Positions 10,371 to 19,707 of a stretch of DNA of 64,000 bases are shown here, one piece after another. The notes beneath the pieces are model-generated. The model worked only from the letters and a program-made list of their open reading frames with translations. It was not told the DNA's origin and did not search any database. The stretch is from the NCBI GenBank assembly GCA_964392315.1, contig CAYMOT010000001.1, positions 359,318 to 423,317 of the forward strand. Direction: 5' to 3'. The stretch is from an uncultured Candidatus Saccharibacteria bacterium. Lineage in GTDB: Bacteria > Patescibacteriota > 4484-211 > JAGQKX01. The position numbers and the translations under genes are program-made. Numbering within the stretch: position 1 is the stretch's first letter; the number at the start of each line of letters is the position of its first letter.

Positions 10371-10372
10371 AC

Positions 10373-11794
10373 TTAAACCGTTACAATCACTAATGTGTTG
10401 GTGTTCCCTGGTACCCCTAAGTTTTGTCCATGTACCACTAAGATTGTTTCTCCTGGAAATATCAGCTGTCGCTCTTTGAGCTCGTTAAAGGCTGCAGTAT
10501 AGCCGCTCTCCTCATCAGTGAGTGGCGTGTTGAGCAGAACAGGAAGTACACCATAAGTCATAGAAAGCTTTCGTAATGTTTCCTTCTTATTCGAGACGGT
10601 GATAATCGGTACCTTTGGCCTGAGGGAAGCAATAACATTACCGGTGTAGCCGGTCTCGGTTAATGCAACGATTTTATGTATCTCTTCACTATTTGTTAAA
10701 GACACTGCTGCTTGAGCGATACGGCGTGCAGTATTAAGCCGCATATGTTCGAACCGGGCGAAGGGGAGCTTTTCTTCATTGTATCTAATAATTTTGGTCA
10801 TGACTTTTGCTGCTTCGGTGGGATAGTCACCTGACGCGGTTTCGCCTGAAAGCATTACACAATCGGTGCGATCAAATACCGCATTAGAAATATCTGCTGC
10901 TTCGGCTCTGGTAGGAAGCGGATTAGTAATCATCGATTGAAGCATCTGGGTTGCCACTATCACCGGTTTCGATTTCTCTCGGCACTTTTTAATGGTCTCT
11001 TTTTGAAAATACGTAACAGATTCAATGGGTGTCTCAATTCCTAAATCTCCTCGTGCTATCATGATGGCGTCAGCATAATCAATAATTTCGTCGATGTTAT
11101 CAACGCCTCGTTGACTTTCAACTTTTGCAACAATATTAGCCTGGATTCCGCGTTCTTCCATTGCATTTCGTAAAGTAGCAATGTCTTCTTTGGAACGTAC
11201 AAATGAAAGTGCCACAAAGTCGATGGCTATTCTTTTTGCTAGCTCGAGTTTCTCTATGTCTTTGTTGGTAAGGGACGGAATAGGAAGGTCTTTCTGGCTG
11301 ATATTAAGGCTTTTGTTTGGCATGATGGTATACGCATTTTGTGCGACTGCATAGATACTTCCTTCTCCTATATGAGAGACAATAAAGTGTGCATATCCGT
11401 CATCGAGTACAAAAGAGTCACCGATATCAAGTGTAACGGCAGCTACTTCGGGGATAATGACATATGGACCTTCTATGTTTATTGTTTCGAGAGTATCAGC
11501 AACAAACTTGATGACATCTCCTGATTTGGCAAGTATATTTACAGAATTGCTCGTTTTGATCCGTAACTCTGGACCCTGTAAGTCTATGAGGACTCCTAAA
11601 GAGGTACAGAGCTCCTCTTCGATTTCACGAACTTGTTGAATTTTTTCTTCATGCCATTCGAGGGTATTATGCTTGAGGTTGAAGCGAAATACATCTACAC
11701 CTCCTAACACAAGCTGGTGCATTACTTCTCTTGATTCACACGAAGGTCCTACAGTTGCTATGATTTTGGTGCGATCACTGTTGTACGTTTGCAT
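10373..11794 (-). CDS. pyk: pyruvate kinase
   Basis: N-terminal RTKIIATVGPS, active-site MIARGDLGIE and full length (473 aa). Confidence 0.9.
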   Translation of the reverse strand: MQTYNSDRTKIIATVGPSCESREVMHQLVLGGVDVFRFNLKHNTLEWHEEKIQQVREIEEELCTSLGVLIDLQGPELRIKTSNSVNILAKSGDVIKFVADTLETINIEGPYVIIPEVAAVTLDIGDSFVLDDGYAHFIVSHIGEGSIYAVAQNAYTIMPNKSLNISQKDLPIPSLTNKDIEKLELAKRIAIDFVALSFVRSKEDIATLRNAMEERGIQANIVAKVESQRGVDNIDEIIDYADAIMIARGDLGIETPIESVTYFQKETIKKCREKSKPVIVATQMLQSMITNPLPTRAEAADISNAVFDRTDCVMLSGETASGDYPTEAAKVMTKIIRYNEEKLPFARFEHMRLNTARRIAQAAVSLTNSEEIHKIVALTETGYTGNVIASLRPKVPIITVSNKKETLRKLSMTYGVLPVLLNTPLTDEESGYTAAFNELKERQLIFPGETILVVHGQNLGVPGNTNTLVIVTV

Positions 11795-13877
11795 TACTTA
11801 CTTGCTGGGGTGGAGTAAGAGGAATACTAAAGCTAAATGTCGATCCCTTATCTACCTCCGATTGAACCCAGATTGTACCATGGTGTAATTCAACAATTGC
11901 CCGAGTGATATATAAGCCTAGCCCTGTCCCTTTGTTTTGTGTAGAAAGCCTATTATCTACCCGATAGAACTTTGAGAACAGTTGCGGAAGTGACTTCTGG
12001 GGAATCCCTACGCCGGTGTCTTGTACATGGGTGATAATGGCTGTCTCAGTCAATTCGGTAGAGACGTATACATTTCCTCCCACTTCTGTATATTTTATGG
12101 CGTTTGAGATAAGGTTCATCAGCACCTCAGACATCCTCAACTTATCTACAAAAATTGTTGGGAATTCCTGCATTGGTTCCTGTAAGTGTACAGTTATTTT
12201 TTTCTCTTTTGCCTGGAAACGAAACTCGTCCACGATGTCTCTTAAGAGTTTTATCCAGTTTACATTTTCTGGATGCAGTTCTAAGGTACTTCTTTCAAGT
12301 CGTGTAACATTGAGTAAGTTATCAACAAGGGATGCAAGTTGCTGTGCGGATATTTGTACGCGTTGTAAGAAGGTGTTTTCTTCTTCACCAAATCGGTCAC
12401 TGAATTCACTCAGTATCACAGACATGTACCCATTGATTGCAGTCAAAGGCGTGCGAAGCTCATGTGCTGCCATTGATACGATATCAAGTTTCATGGTTTC
12501 GATCTGATGTTCTTTTGTTGCATCATGGAGTGCAACGATATATGTAGCAGTGGGTTGACTGCTCTCGTGGATGATTGTGGCAGTGAGGTTTACAATCCGT
12601 ATGTTCTGTCCCTTGGTGGTTAAATTGAGAAGATTCTTCTCGACGGTGTTTGGAGTTTCTTGTAAAGGCGTTGGAACAGGTCGGCAATAATCGTCAGAAA
12701 AATAGTGGTTGCCATCCTTATCTGTAAGCTGGATGATAGCATCGATAGGCTTGTTGAGAACTTCTGACTCTTTCCATCCCGTGATACGTTCCATTGCTTC
12801 ATTGAAGACAATGATGTTTTTTTGCTCATCAAGCGCGACGACTCCATCGATAACTCCGGCTATAACGGCATCGAGCTTATTGCGTTCTGTTTTTAGCAAG
12901 ACTTGCTCTTTGCTTAATTCATTCATTGACGCTTGTAACTTTTGCTGGACCTCTGATAGCTGAGTGACCATCTCGTTTGAATAACGTGCCACGTCAGATA
13001 TTTCGTCGTTAGTTATCATGTGCAACTTGCTATTTGTATCCCCCTGCCTAACATGTTTACTCCATTCAATTGTTTTCTTTAAAGGGTCGGTGAGGGTACG
13101 AGAAGCAGCAGGTGCAAGCACAATAAGATACACGGCATTAAGTCCGATGAGGATTAGGGTGTATACTGAATATTCCATGAATCTGCTGTAGTTGTAGAGA
13201 TAGGTAATTGTTAAGAAAAAGAGAAAGATAGTAGCTTGACCAGCGAGTGCAGTAATGAGTGCAAAAAACAGGACTTTTCGTCCGAGTGGGATTGAACGTA
13301 TTGGGATTTGCTGCTTATCCAGGTTGGGGTATTTGCTCATCAGATACTCAGTATCTTTGCTGAGTCGTTGTTCCATGAAGATTATATTCAAGAGTGATTC
13401 GGTGATCGAAACGATCACACCTAGAACTACTGCGGCAGATCCCGCTAATGTGGTGATTTCTCCTAACTCGGGAATGATGCGCATCCAGAGAAGTAACGCT
13501 GCAAACAGAAAGGCAGATGTTACAACGAAAAATATTTTAATACCGGTATAAACTGGGTAATTAATCATGAACGCGAGAAGCTTCACGATATCTTCATCAG
13601 TGGTGGCTTCATTGGTCATGATCCTTTTACTAATCGCCCACGCAGGTTTATATGTTACATGAGGGAAGATGCCAAAAAAGGGTACGTATATGAATGCGTA
13701 GGTGCCCAAATACAAAAGTATAATTTTGACGAATACCGCGGTACCTACTTGCCATGAAATAATCATGAGGAGTGCGAGTGGAAGGCCAAAAAACAGGTTT
13801 GAAAGTGCTTCGGATTTCCAGTGAATTTTCGATAATTCCCACGGTGTCGTGAGCTGGTATTGGGCAGATTCTTGCAT
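11775..13877 (-). CDS. membrane-bound PAS-domain sensor histidine kinase
   Basis: Multiple N-terminal TM helices, a PAS region, H-box HELRTPLTAINGY and G-box GTGLGLYITRAIVELHHG. The 3' end overlaps the pyk start by 20 nt. Confidence 0.85.
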   Translation of the reverse strand: MQESAQYQLTTPWELSKIHWKSEALSNLFFGLPLALLMIISWQVGTAVFVKIILLYLGTYAFIYVPFFGIFPHVTYKPAWAISKRIMTNEATTDEDIVKLLAFMINYPVYTGIKIFFVVTSAFLFAALLLWMRIIPELGEITTLAGSAAVVLGVIVSITESLLNIIFMEQRLSKDTEYLMSKYPNLDKQQIPIRSIPLGRKVLFFALITALAGQATIFLFFLTITYLYNYSRFMEYSVYTLILIGLNAVYLIVLAPAASRTLTDPLKKTIEWSKHVRQGDTNSKLHMITNDEISDVARYSNEMVTQLSEVQQKLQASMNELSKEQVLLKTERNKLDAVIAGVIDGVVALDEQKNIIVFNEAMERITGWKESEVLNKPIDAIIQLTDKDGNHYFSDDYCRPVPTPLQETPNTVEKNLLNLTTKGQNIRIVNLTATIIHESSQPTATYIVALHDATKEHQIETMKLDIVSMAAHELRTPLTAINGYMSVILSEFSDRFGEEENTFLQRVQISAQQLASLVDNLLNVTRLERSTLELHPENVNWIKLLRDIVDEFRFQAKEKKITVHLQEPMQEFPTIFVDKLRMSEVLMNLISNAIKYTEVGGNVYVSTELTETAIITHVQDTGVGIPQKSLPQLFSKFYRVDNRLSTQNKGTGLGLYITRAIVELHHGTIWVQSEVDKGSTFSFSIPLTPPQQVSNANVQQ

Positions 13878-13957
13878 ATGGTACTTCTATTCTAGCGGAT
13901 CGACTCGCACGATGTAAGAATTAAAAAGGAATTTGTGTAAGTCGATACAATACAGCT

Positions 13958-14542
13958 ATGAGTTCCGTTATACACGCTCGCATAAATGATGTGCTTTCAA
14001 TCTTTGTGGCAATTTTAGGTGTATATCTGGTCGTGAAGCCGTTTTATCCAGAATTACAGTTTGTTTACCAAAAAGAACTCATACATGCCGATGATGCGTT
14101 GAAGGGGATAATCGATGTACCGGGTCAGCCTGTTGATGAAGATGCTCCAGCTGATAATCGACTAATTATTCCGGGGATTTTAGTGGACGCACCAATACTA
14201 GTAGGTGATTCTCCAAATTTATTGCACCAAGGAATATGGCATCGGCCTCATACAAGTACTCCTAATGAGGGCGGCAATAGCGTTTTTGTGGCACATAGAT
14301 TCCAATATACGAGTGGTCCAAATACGTTTTATCATCTTGATAAAGTGGCGGTGGGTGAGCAATTCGTCATATATTGGGAGAAGAAGAAATATACGTATGA
14401 GGTTTTTGTAACCGAAGTTGTGGAGCCTGATGCTGTCTACATTGAATATCAATCTCATGAGCCAATAGTAACTTTGTATACCTGTACGCCACTATGGACT
14501 GCCCAGAAGCGCCTAGTAGTAAGAGCAAAGCTTGTCAGCTAA
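13958..14542 (+). CDS. sortase (class E/F-like transpeptidase)
   Basis: N-terminal TM anchor, His region VFVAHR, the TLxTC active-site motif as TLYTCTP, and a downstream conserved Arg (RLVVRAKL). Confidence 0.7.
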   Translation: MSSVIHARINDVLSIFVAILGVYLVVKPFYPELQFVYQKELIHADDALKGIIDVPGQPVDEDAPADNRLIIPGILVDAPILVGDSPNLLHQGIWHRPHTSTPNEGGNSVFVAHRFQYTSGPNTFYHLDKVAVGEQFVIYWEKKKYTYEVFVTEVVEPDAVYIEYQSHEPIVTLYTCTPLWTAQKRLVVRAKLVS

Positions 14543-14551
14543 ATTATTGAG

Positions 14552-14662
14552 ATGTCTGAGACAAAACGAACCATCATATTAATACTGCTTGTTATTGTAG
14601 GGGTTGTTACCATTCTCTGGGTGCAGGGAAATTACGACCGAAACTTTCTAGACACGTTGTAT
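14552..14662 (+). CDS. possible 36-aa single-TM micro-protein between sortase and its substrate
   Basis: ATG ORF giving MSETKRTIILILLVIVGVVTILWVQGNYDRNFLDTLY. It is below the ORF-track size cutoff. Support is only its hydrophobic core and its position. Confidence 0.2.
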
Positions 14663-14671
14663 TAGAAGAAT

Positions 14672-15952
14672 TTGAGGTTGACATACGCAAGTACTACAGC
14701 TTATGCTGAATACGTGCGGAGATTATTTACTTACTGCCTGTACACCATAACATTTGTAATTGTTGCTAGTTCTTTCCACACAGCTCAGGCTGCTACTCAA
14801 ACACATACCTGCGTTGTTGCCCGTTCTCGACTGGATTGGAGGGTAGATAGCTCGACTGGGTCGGATACGACCAAACACTGCGTTCTCCCTCAGTTTGATA
14901 CCTCACTTGGCGTACTTACAAAAGCTGATCTATCTGTAAGTGCAGATACAGATACCCAACAGAAAGTAGAAAATAAAGATGTTTCCCCGCACACCATGAC
15001 GACTGACGTGACGGTGAAACTCGATGTGCAAAGAAATGATGGTACTGGTTTATTGTCAGTTTCTATCCCTACATCAGATGAAACTTTTCCTGCTTCAGCA
15101 TTTGACGGTACGTTAGATTACGCTGGCACGTCGGGAAAGACGTTTGACGTACAAACAGGCGAGGCAACCAAAACACACACATTCACCGCCGAAAGCGATT
15201 TGGCAATGTTTATGGGTACAGGTTCATATGACTTTCCTCTCCTGGCGGAAGCGTTATGGAATTGTAGTGGGTCTGGGAATGCTGCGTGTGAAGTTGATAC
15301 CTATGCAGCGGCGGCTATGACGATAACGTATTCATATACTCCACCTGCGCCTGATATCGTATTTAACAGCTGCAATATGCCTGAGGTACGTAATGGAGAA
15401 TCCAAAGAATACATCATTACCAGTGCCAACCAAGGTAACGCACCAATAACCGAAACAATTACAATTACTGATCAGTTGCCAAAGTGCTTGTCATTCGTTA
15501 GTTCAGAGAATGGCCAATGGAGTTGTACAGCGGATGCAAACCAACTTGTTACCTGTGAATTCAAGGGAACTGTACCAGCAGGCGCATTTTTGCCTGATTT
15601 ACCCGTCACGGTAAGTGCAGATGGATGTATTGCATCTAGTGTACTGTCGCATACAATACGCGTTTCTACAGAAGGGGAGATACACACAGCAAACAATAGT
15701 CTTGCATGTTCGGGAGTATTGGCCCAAAGTGTGCACCCTACTGCAGAGCCTACTCCGCAGGTATCCCCAACTCAGGAACCTGCTCCATCCCCTACTCCGA
15801 CACCTGCAGTGCTTGGTGATTCTGAGGGCCCACGTGTACTTGCCGCAACAGGCCTGAAAATTATCTTGCCGATAGTAATTGGTGGTTTGCTTATTCTTGG
15901 AGTGATTCTTCTCCGCCGCCGGAAGGCACCTGCTAAGGTCTTAGATAACTAA
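14672..15952 (+). CDS. cell-wall-anchored surface protein with an LAATG sortase sorting signal
   Basis: N-terminal signal peptide (..FHTAQAATQ..). C-terminus is a P/T-rich linker, LAATG (nt 15838..15852), a hydrophobic segment and an RRRK tail. Sits immediately downstream of the sortase gene. Confidence 0.7.
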   Translation: MRLTYASTTAYAEYVRRLFTYCLYTITFVIVASSFHTAQAATQTHTCVVARSRLDWRVDSSTGSDTTKHCVLPQFDTSLGVLTKADLSVSADTDTQQKVENKDVSPHTMTTDVTVKLDVQRNDGTGLLSVSIPTSDETFPASAFDGTLDYAGTSGKTFDVQTGEATKTHTFTAESDLAMFMGTGSYDFPLLAEALWNCSGSGNAACEVDTYAAAAMTITYSYTPPAPDIVFNSCNMPEVRNGESKEYIITSANQGNAPITETITITDQLPKCLSFVSSENGQWSCTADANQLVTCEFKGTVPAGAFLPDLPVTVSADGCIASSVLSHTIRVSTEGEIHTANNSLACSGVLAQSVHPTAEPTPQVSPTQEPAPSPTPTPAVLGDSEGPRVLAATGLKIILPIVIGGLLILGVILLRRRKAPAKVLDN

Positions 15953-16494
15953 AGGGTAAAATTTCCACGCGAAGATGCTTGTTTATATTTTTTGAGAAGG
16001 TCGTCCCATAACGGTTCATCGATCAGATATTCTTCAGTTGTATTAATAAAGTAGTCCATTTTTTTCATTACGTATTCATATACATCTTGCCCGTATTTAG
16101 GGTCAAAAAAGTCACTGTTATCAATAATGTCAGCGGCCTTTACAATAAGAGCATCTTTGCCGTAATTGAACAAATTGTCTAAATTCTTTTTGAAACGTTC
16201 CCATTTATCTTCTATCTCAGAATCGAAAGATAAGGCGAGGACAAGTTGTTCTATTTCTTCACCAAACTCTTTCTTAATTTGTTCAGAAGTTACATCCGAA
16301 TCCTCGAGAACGTCATGTAATAATGTACCAATAATGAGACGTTCAGGGTATTGCTTCTCATATAAGTACAAAGCGGTACGTATTGAGTGAAGAATAACTG
16401 GTTTAGGATTATGGCCAGAGGTTGTTATAGCCCCAACAAGAAAAGCAATGGCTTTTTCTATCTGATGTTGGTTGTAATTATCGTGTATCGTCAT
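15949..16494 (-). CDS. HD-domain (p)ppGpp hydrolase-like protein (SpoT/Mesh1-type small alarmone hydrolase)
   Basis: ..HSIRTALYL.. plus ..LLHDVLEDSDVTSEQIKKEFGEEIEQLV.. match the RelA/SpoT hydrolase HD signature. 181 aa, with no synthetase domain. Confidence 0.6.
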   Translation of the reverse strand: MTIHDNYNQHQIEKAIAFLVGAITTSGHNPKPVILHSIRTALYLYEKQYPERLIIGTLLHDVLEDSDVTSEQIKKEFGEEIEQLVLALSFDSEIEDKWERFKKNLDNLFNYGKDALIVKAADIIDNSDFFDPKYGQDVYEYVMKKMDYFINTTEEYLIDEPLWDDLLKKYKQASSRGNFTL

Positions 16495-16498
16495 ATAT

Positions 16499-17152
16499 CT
16501 AGCTCAATTCGAAATTCCGGAGTTCTTCAAAAAGCGGAAGTACTTTTTCTTCGGTGATATCGTTTGGTGCAATATTACAAAGTTCAAATATTTGTTGTTC
16601 TAACAAAAATAAATGTTCCTGCCCTCTTTTCGTTTCATGAGACATAAACTTATCTTGGTATCGTTTTAGCCCTTCGTCTAGTCGCTCCTGTAATGACATT
16701 ACTCCGTGCGGAGTAACTCTTTGATCTGCATAACAACATATTTTCTTGGCATAGTCATTTTGCTGGCTGTTCAAATGCGCCTTTGTAAAACCTACCGCAA
16801 TAAGCAGTTCATGTGAACGGCGTGAGATTCCAATCTCATCGGCAATTTTATAGGTGCCTGGGTGCTCATCTGAGCCGTATTTACCTATGAAGGATTCGCG
16901 AATAGTATTCCAGTATTCAAACCCTTCAGGTTTTAGAAACTCAGGAAATTTTTGCAAATCGAATTTGATAATGTTTCCCATGTCATGGAGTAAACACGCA
17001 GTAATGATTTCTTCACGATCTAATGGCTCATCGAATGCATCAACAATTAGTGATGCGACTGCGGCGACACGCAATTGATGTAATTGCAAATTTGGCATGA
17101 TGGTATATCTGTCGTATGCTTCTTGCGCGGTCATAAGGTGATTATATAGCAC
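16499..17152 (-). CDS. HD-domain phosphohydrolase
   Basis: H..HD metal-binding motif (..ACLLHDMGNI..). Lies 4 nt upstream of the SpoT-like HD gene on the same strand. Confidence 0.5.
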   Translation of the reverse strand: MLYNHLMTAQEAYDRYTIMPNLQLHQLRVAAVASLIVDAFDEPLDREEIITACLLHDMGNIIKFDLQKFPEFLKPEGFEYWNTIRESFIGKYGSDEHPGTYKIADEIGISRRSHELLIAVGFTKAHLNSQQNDYAKKICCYADQRVTPHGVMSLQERLDEGLKRYQDKFMSHETKRGQEHLFLLEQQIFELCNIAPNDITEEKVLPLFEELRNFELS

Positions 17153-17179
17153 CCTATTCTTTCGGTATAATCACGTGTT

Positions 17180-18019
17180 ATGAATGTCATGCAGCAGGCG
17201 CTTATTCAGGCGTGTATAAACCTATCTATACCATACGAGATTTTGCACAAAGACCAGATAGTAGTTCGAGTAGGCATCAATGGGAAAAGGTATCATTATA
17301 TTCATTGGTTTCTTCCGTTCAATCGTGCTGATGTGCAGCGTATTCTTCGTGATAAGGATCTACAGTACACTCTATTGCAGAATGTTATTACAATTCCCAA
17401 ATGGAGATCATATTTGGCTTCTGAAATTGATGAAGAATATAGTGTGAGCAAACGGCGCGGCGGTAAGATAACTTTGGAAGAGGCGAGACAAGATATTAAC
17501 GAACACTTTGATCTTCCCGTACTTGTTAAACCAAACATGGGCTCAAAAGGGAGGCAAATTAAAATATGCCAAACAGTTGAGGAAGCCATGCATGCTGTCC
17601 TGGGAATTTTTGAAAAGACTACTGATCGATTTAGTTATATTGCTCTTATACAGCAGTTCATCACTATTAAAAATGAGTACCGAGTTGTGGGGTATAAAGA
17701 AAAAGCGTTATTGGTCTATAAAAAAGATATTGCACAGGCAACGTTTGCAGGCAACCTTAGTCCTCTACATTGGGAGGGAAGTAAAGCGATACATGTTACA
17801 GAAGTGCAAATCATTCAGCGATTAAAAGCATTTATAGCACCTGTGTTTAGAGAAATAGATTTAGTATATGGAGGCTTTGATGTAGCAGAAGATACCGAAG
17901 GGAATTTATGGCTTTTGGAAATTAATAGACAACCACAGATAGCTATTTTTGTCCGTGACAACGGTTTGGAGCCTGTAGTGAGGATGCATGAGGAGATACT
18001 GAGAGATTTGACAAATTAA
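17180..18019 (+). CDS. ATP-grasp domain protein (RimK/glutathione-synthetase-like ligase)
   Basis: ..VLVKPNMGSKGRQIK.. and C-terminal ..LWLLEINRQPQI.. are typical of the ATP-grasp fold. Divergent from the HD gene pair. Confidence 0.5.
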   Translation: MNVMQQALIQACINLSIPYEILHKDQIVVRVGINGKRYHYIHWFLPFNRADVQRILRDKDLQYTLLQNVITIPKWRSYLASEIDEEYSVSKRRGGKITLEEARQDINEHFDLPVLVKPNMGSKGRQIKICQTVEEAMHAVLGIFEKTTDRFSYIALIQQFITIKNEYRVVGYKEKALLVYKKDIAQATFAGNLSPLHWEGSKAIHVTEVQIIQRLKAFIAPVFREIDLVYGGFDVAEDTEGNLWLLEINRQPQIAIFVRDNGLEPVVRMHEEILRDLTN

Positions 18020-18840
18020 TTCAGACCGAATAGTTCTTTTGCATTTTGGGTAGTAGCATGGTCAAGTTCTTCTACAGAAATCCCTTTCAGCTCAGCCACG
18101 AATTTTGCCGTGTGTACGATGTTAGCGGGTTCATTAGGGAATTTCTTCGTTTGCTTCACCGGCTCAGGGGTGAGAAAGGGCGCATCTGTTTCGAGAACTA
18201 ACAATTCGAGTGGCACCTCTTTTATGAATGCTGCTTTCTTTTTTGAATACGTCACATCACCGTCTACTCCTATGTAAATATTTCGTTCTTTCGCGAATGC
18301 TAATAATGCTTCATCCGCTTCGCAACAATGAAATACTGCTTTGCCACTGAGTGCATCATTCCAATGTTTATGCAATAGATCCAATAGCCACTCAGCTGCT
18401 TCACGGTTGTGAATAATGACTGCTTTTTTCATGAAAGCTCCTAGGAATAATTGATGGGTGAAGAGTCTTTGTTGTACATCCAAAAAAGTATCGGTAAGTT
18501 GGTAGTTTTCATACATGGTGTTTGTGTATATATGTTTGTCCAATCCTATCTCACCAATAGCAACCACTTCGTCATGATCCAGAAGTTTACCCACACCATC
18601 CAATATCGCAGGAACTTCGGTGTGTGCGTCCGAAATTTCAAAAGCATGATGCGGATGTATTCCTACTGCCGCATAAATATTTTCGTTAGATTTTGCGAGT
18701 TGTATTGCTTTTGAAGAGGTTGGAAGGTCTGTGCCAGGTACAACTATTCTGCTGACGCCGCTGATATACGCACTTTCTATAACGAGGTCAGAAATATTTT
18801 CAAACGCTTCAAAATTAAGATGGCAATGAGTGTCAATCAT
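18016..18840 (-). CDS. tatD: TatD-family metal-dependent hydrolase/DNase
   Basis: N-terminal IDTHCHL, ..AIGEIGLD.. and the overall TatD pattern. Confidence 0.85.
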   Translation of the reverse strand: MIDTHCHLNFEAFENISDLVIESAYISGVSRIVVPGTDLPTSSKAIQLAKSNENIYAAVGIHPHHAFEISDAHTEVPAILDGVGKLLDHDEVVAIGEIGLDKHIYTNTMYENYQLTDTFLDVQQRLFTHQLFLGAFMKKAVIIHNREAAEWLLDLLHKHWNDALSGKAVFHCCEADEALLAFAKERNIYIGVDGDVTYSKKKAAFIKEVPLELLVLETDAPFLTPEPVKQTKKFPNEPANIVHTAKFVAELKGISVEELDHATTQNAKELFGLN

Positions 18841-19703
18841 AATTGTAAGTATAGTAGATACATTCCAAAAAAAGCGATAGTTGCTGCAGTTATTTTTCTA
18901 AGTAATTTTGCGTTATCTTTGAATATCATTATTTCAGCCATAATAATTAGGAATATGTTTGTGTTGTTTATCGCATCCACTTTTCCCACTTCGCCGCCAA
19001 CAGAATAGGCAAGGAAAGTAAACGTATTAAAGCCGAACCCACCTATTGCCGAAATGAGCATTGCTTTTAATGTTGTTTTGGAAATTTTAGGAAGTTCTCT
19101 CACGATTGTTTTTGTTGCTAGTATTAAACCCGCTATTGAACATGCCCAACAAATAATAATGACATATACATGAGGGTTAAGAATAATTGCAAATGACTTA
19201 TCAAGCGAATATGCAAGTCCATACAAAAACCCGCCAATTAGTGCAAACAGATGCGCCTTTTGAAGTGTTTTGTTAGTTTCATAATTCACAAGTGCTATAG
19301 CTGTGATTACCATAACAATCCCTCCAATCTTAATTAATGTTAATGACTCATGAAAGAAAATTATTCCGGCAGTTGTTGATACCACTATTGAGAAAGATGC
19401 AATGGTTGCAGATAAACTTGCGCTCTCTGTCTTAAAGCTTCTGTAATAAAAAATACTAGCAATGAAATATATGAATGCAAGAAGAAGTAGCCGTGCCCAG
19501 CCCAAGATAGGTAATGAAATTGAGAAGGGTATTTGCAAGATTATTACAAAAATAAGGGCATAAAATCCTTGGATTCCCCATACCATAAAATTGTTAGTAG
19601 ATGCACTAATATTATCTTTCGTCGTTAAGGCATTTTTTTGTGCAAGTTCAGAGAGTGCTAAAGCGAATACCGATGCGAGTGAGTAGAGATACCAAGTGGG
19701 CAT
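18837..19703 (-). CDS. EamA/DMT-family transporter
   Basis: 288 aa with about 10 TM helices and a duplicated EamA topology. There is a 4-nt overlap with tatD. Confidence 0.7.
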   Translation of the reverse strand: MPTWYLYSLASVFALALSELAQKNALTTKDNISASTNNFMVWGIQGFYALIFVIILQIPFSISLPILGWARLLLLAFIYFIASIFYYRSFKTESASLSATIASFSIVVSTTAGIIFFHESLTLIKIGGIVMVITAIALVNYETNKTLQKAHLFALIGGFLYGLAYSLDKSFAIILNPHVYVIIICWACSIAGLILATKTIVRELPKISKTTLKAMLISAIGGFGFNTFTFLAYSVGGEVGKVDAINNTNIFLIIMAEIMIFKDNAKLLRKITAATIAFFGMYLLYLQL

Positions 19704-19707
19704 ATAT

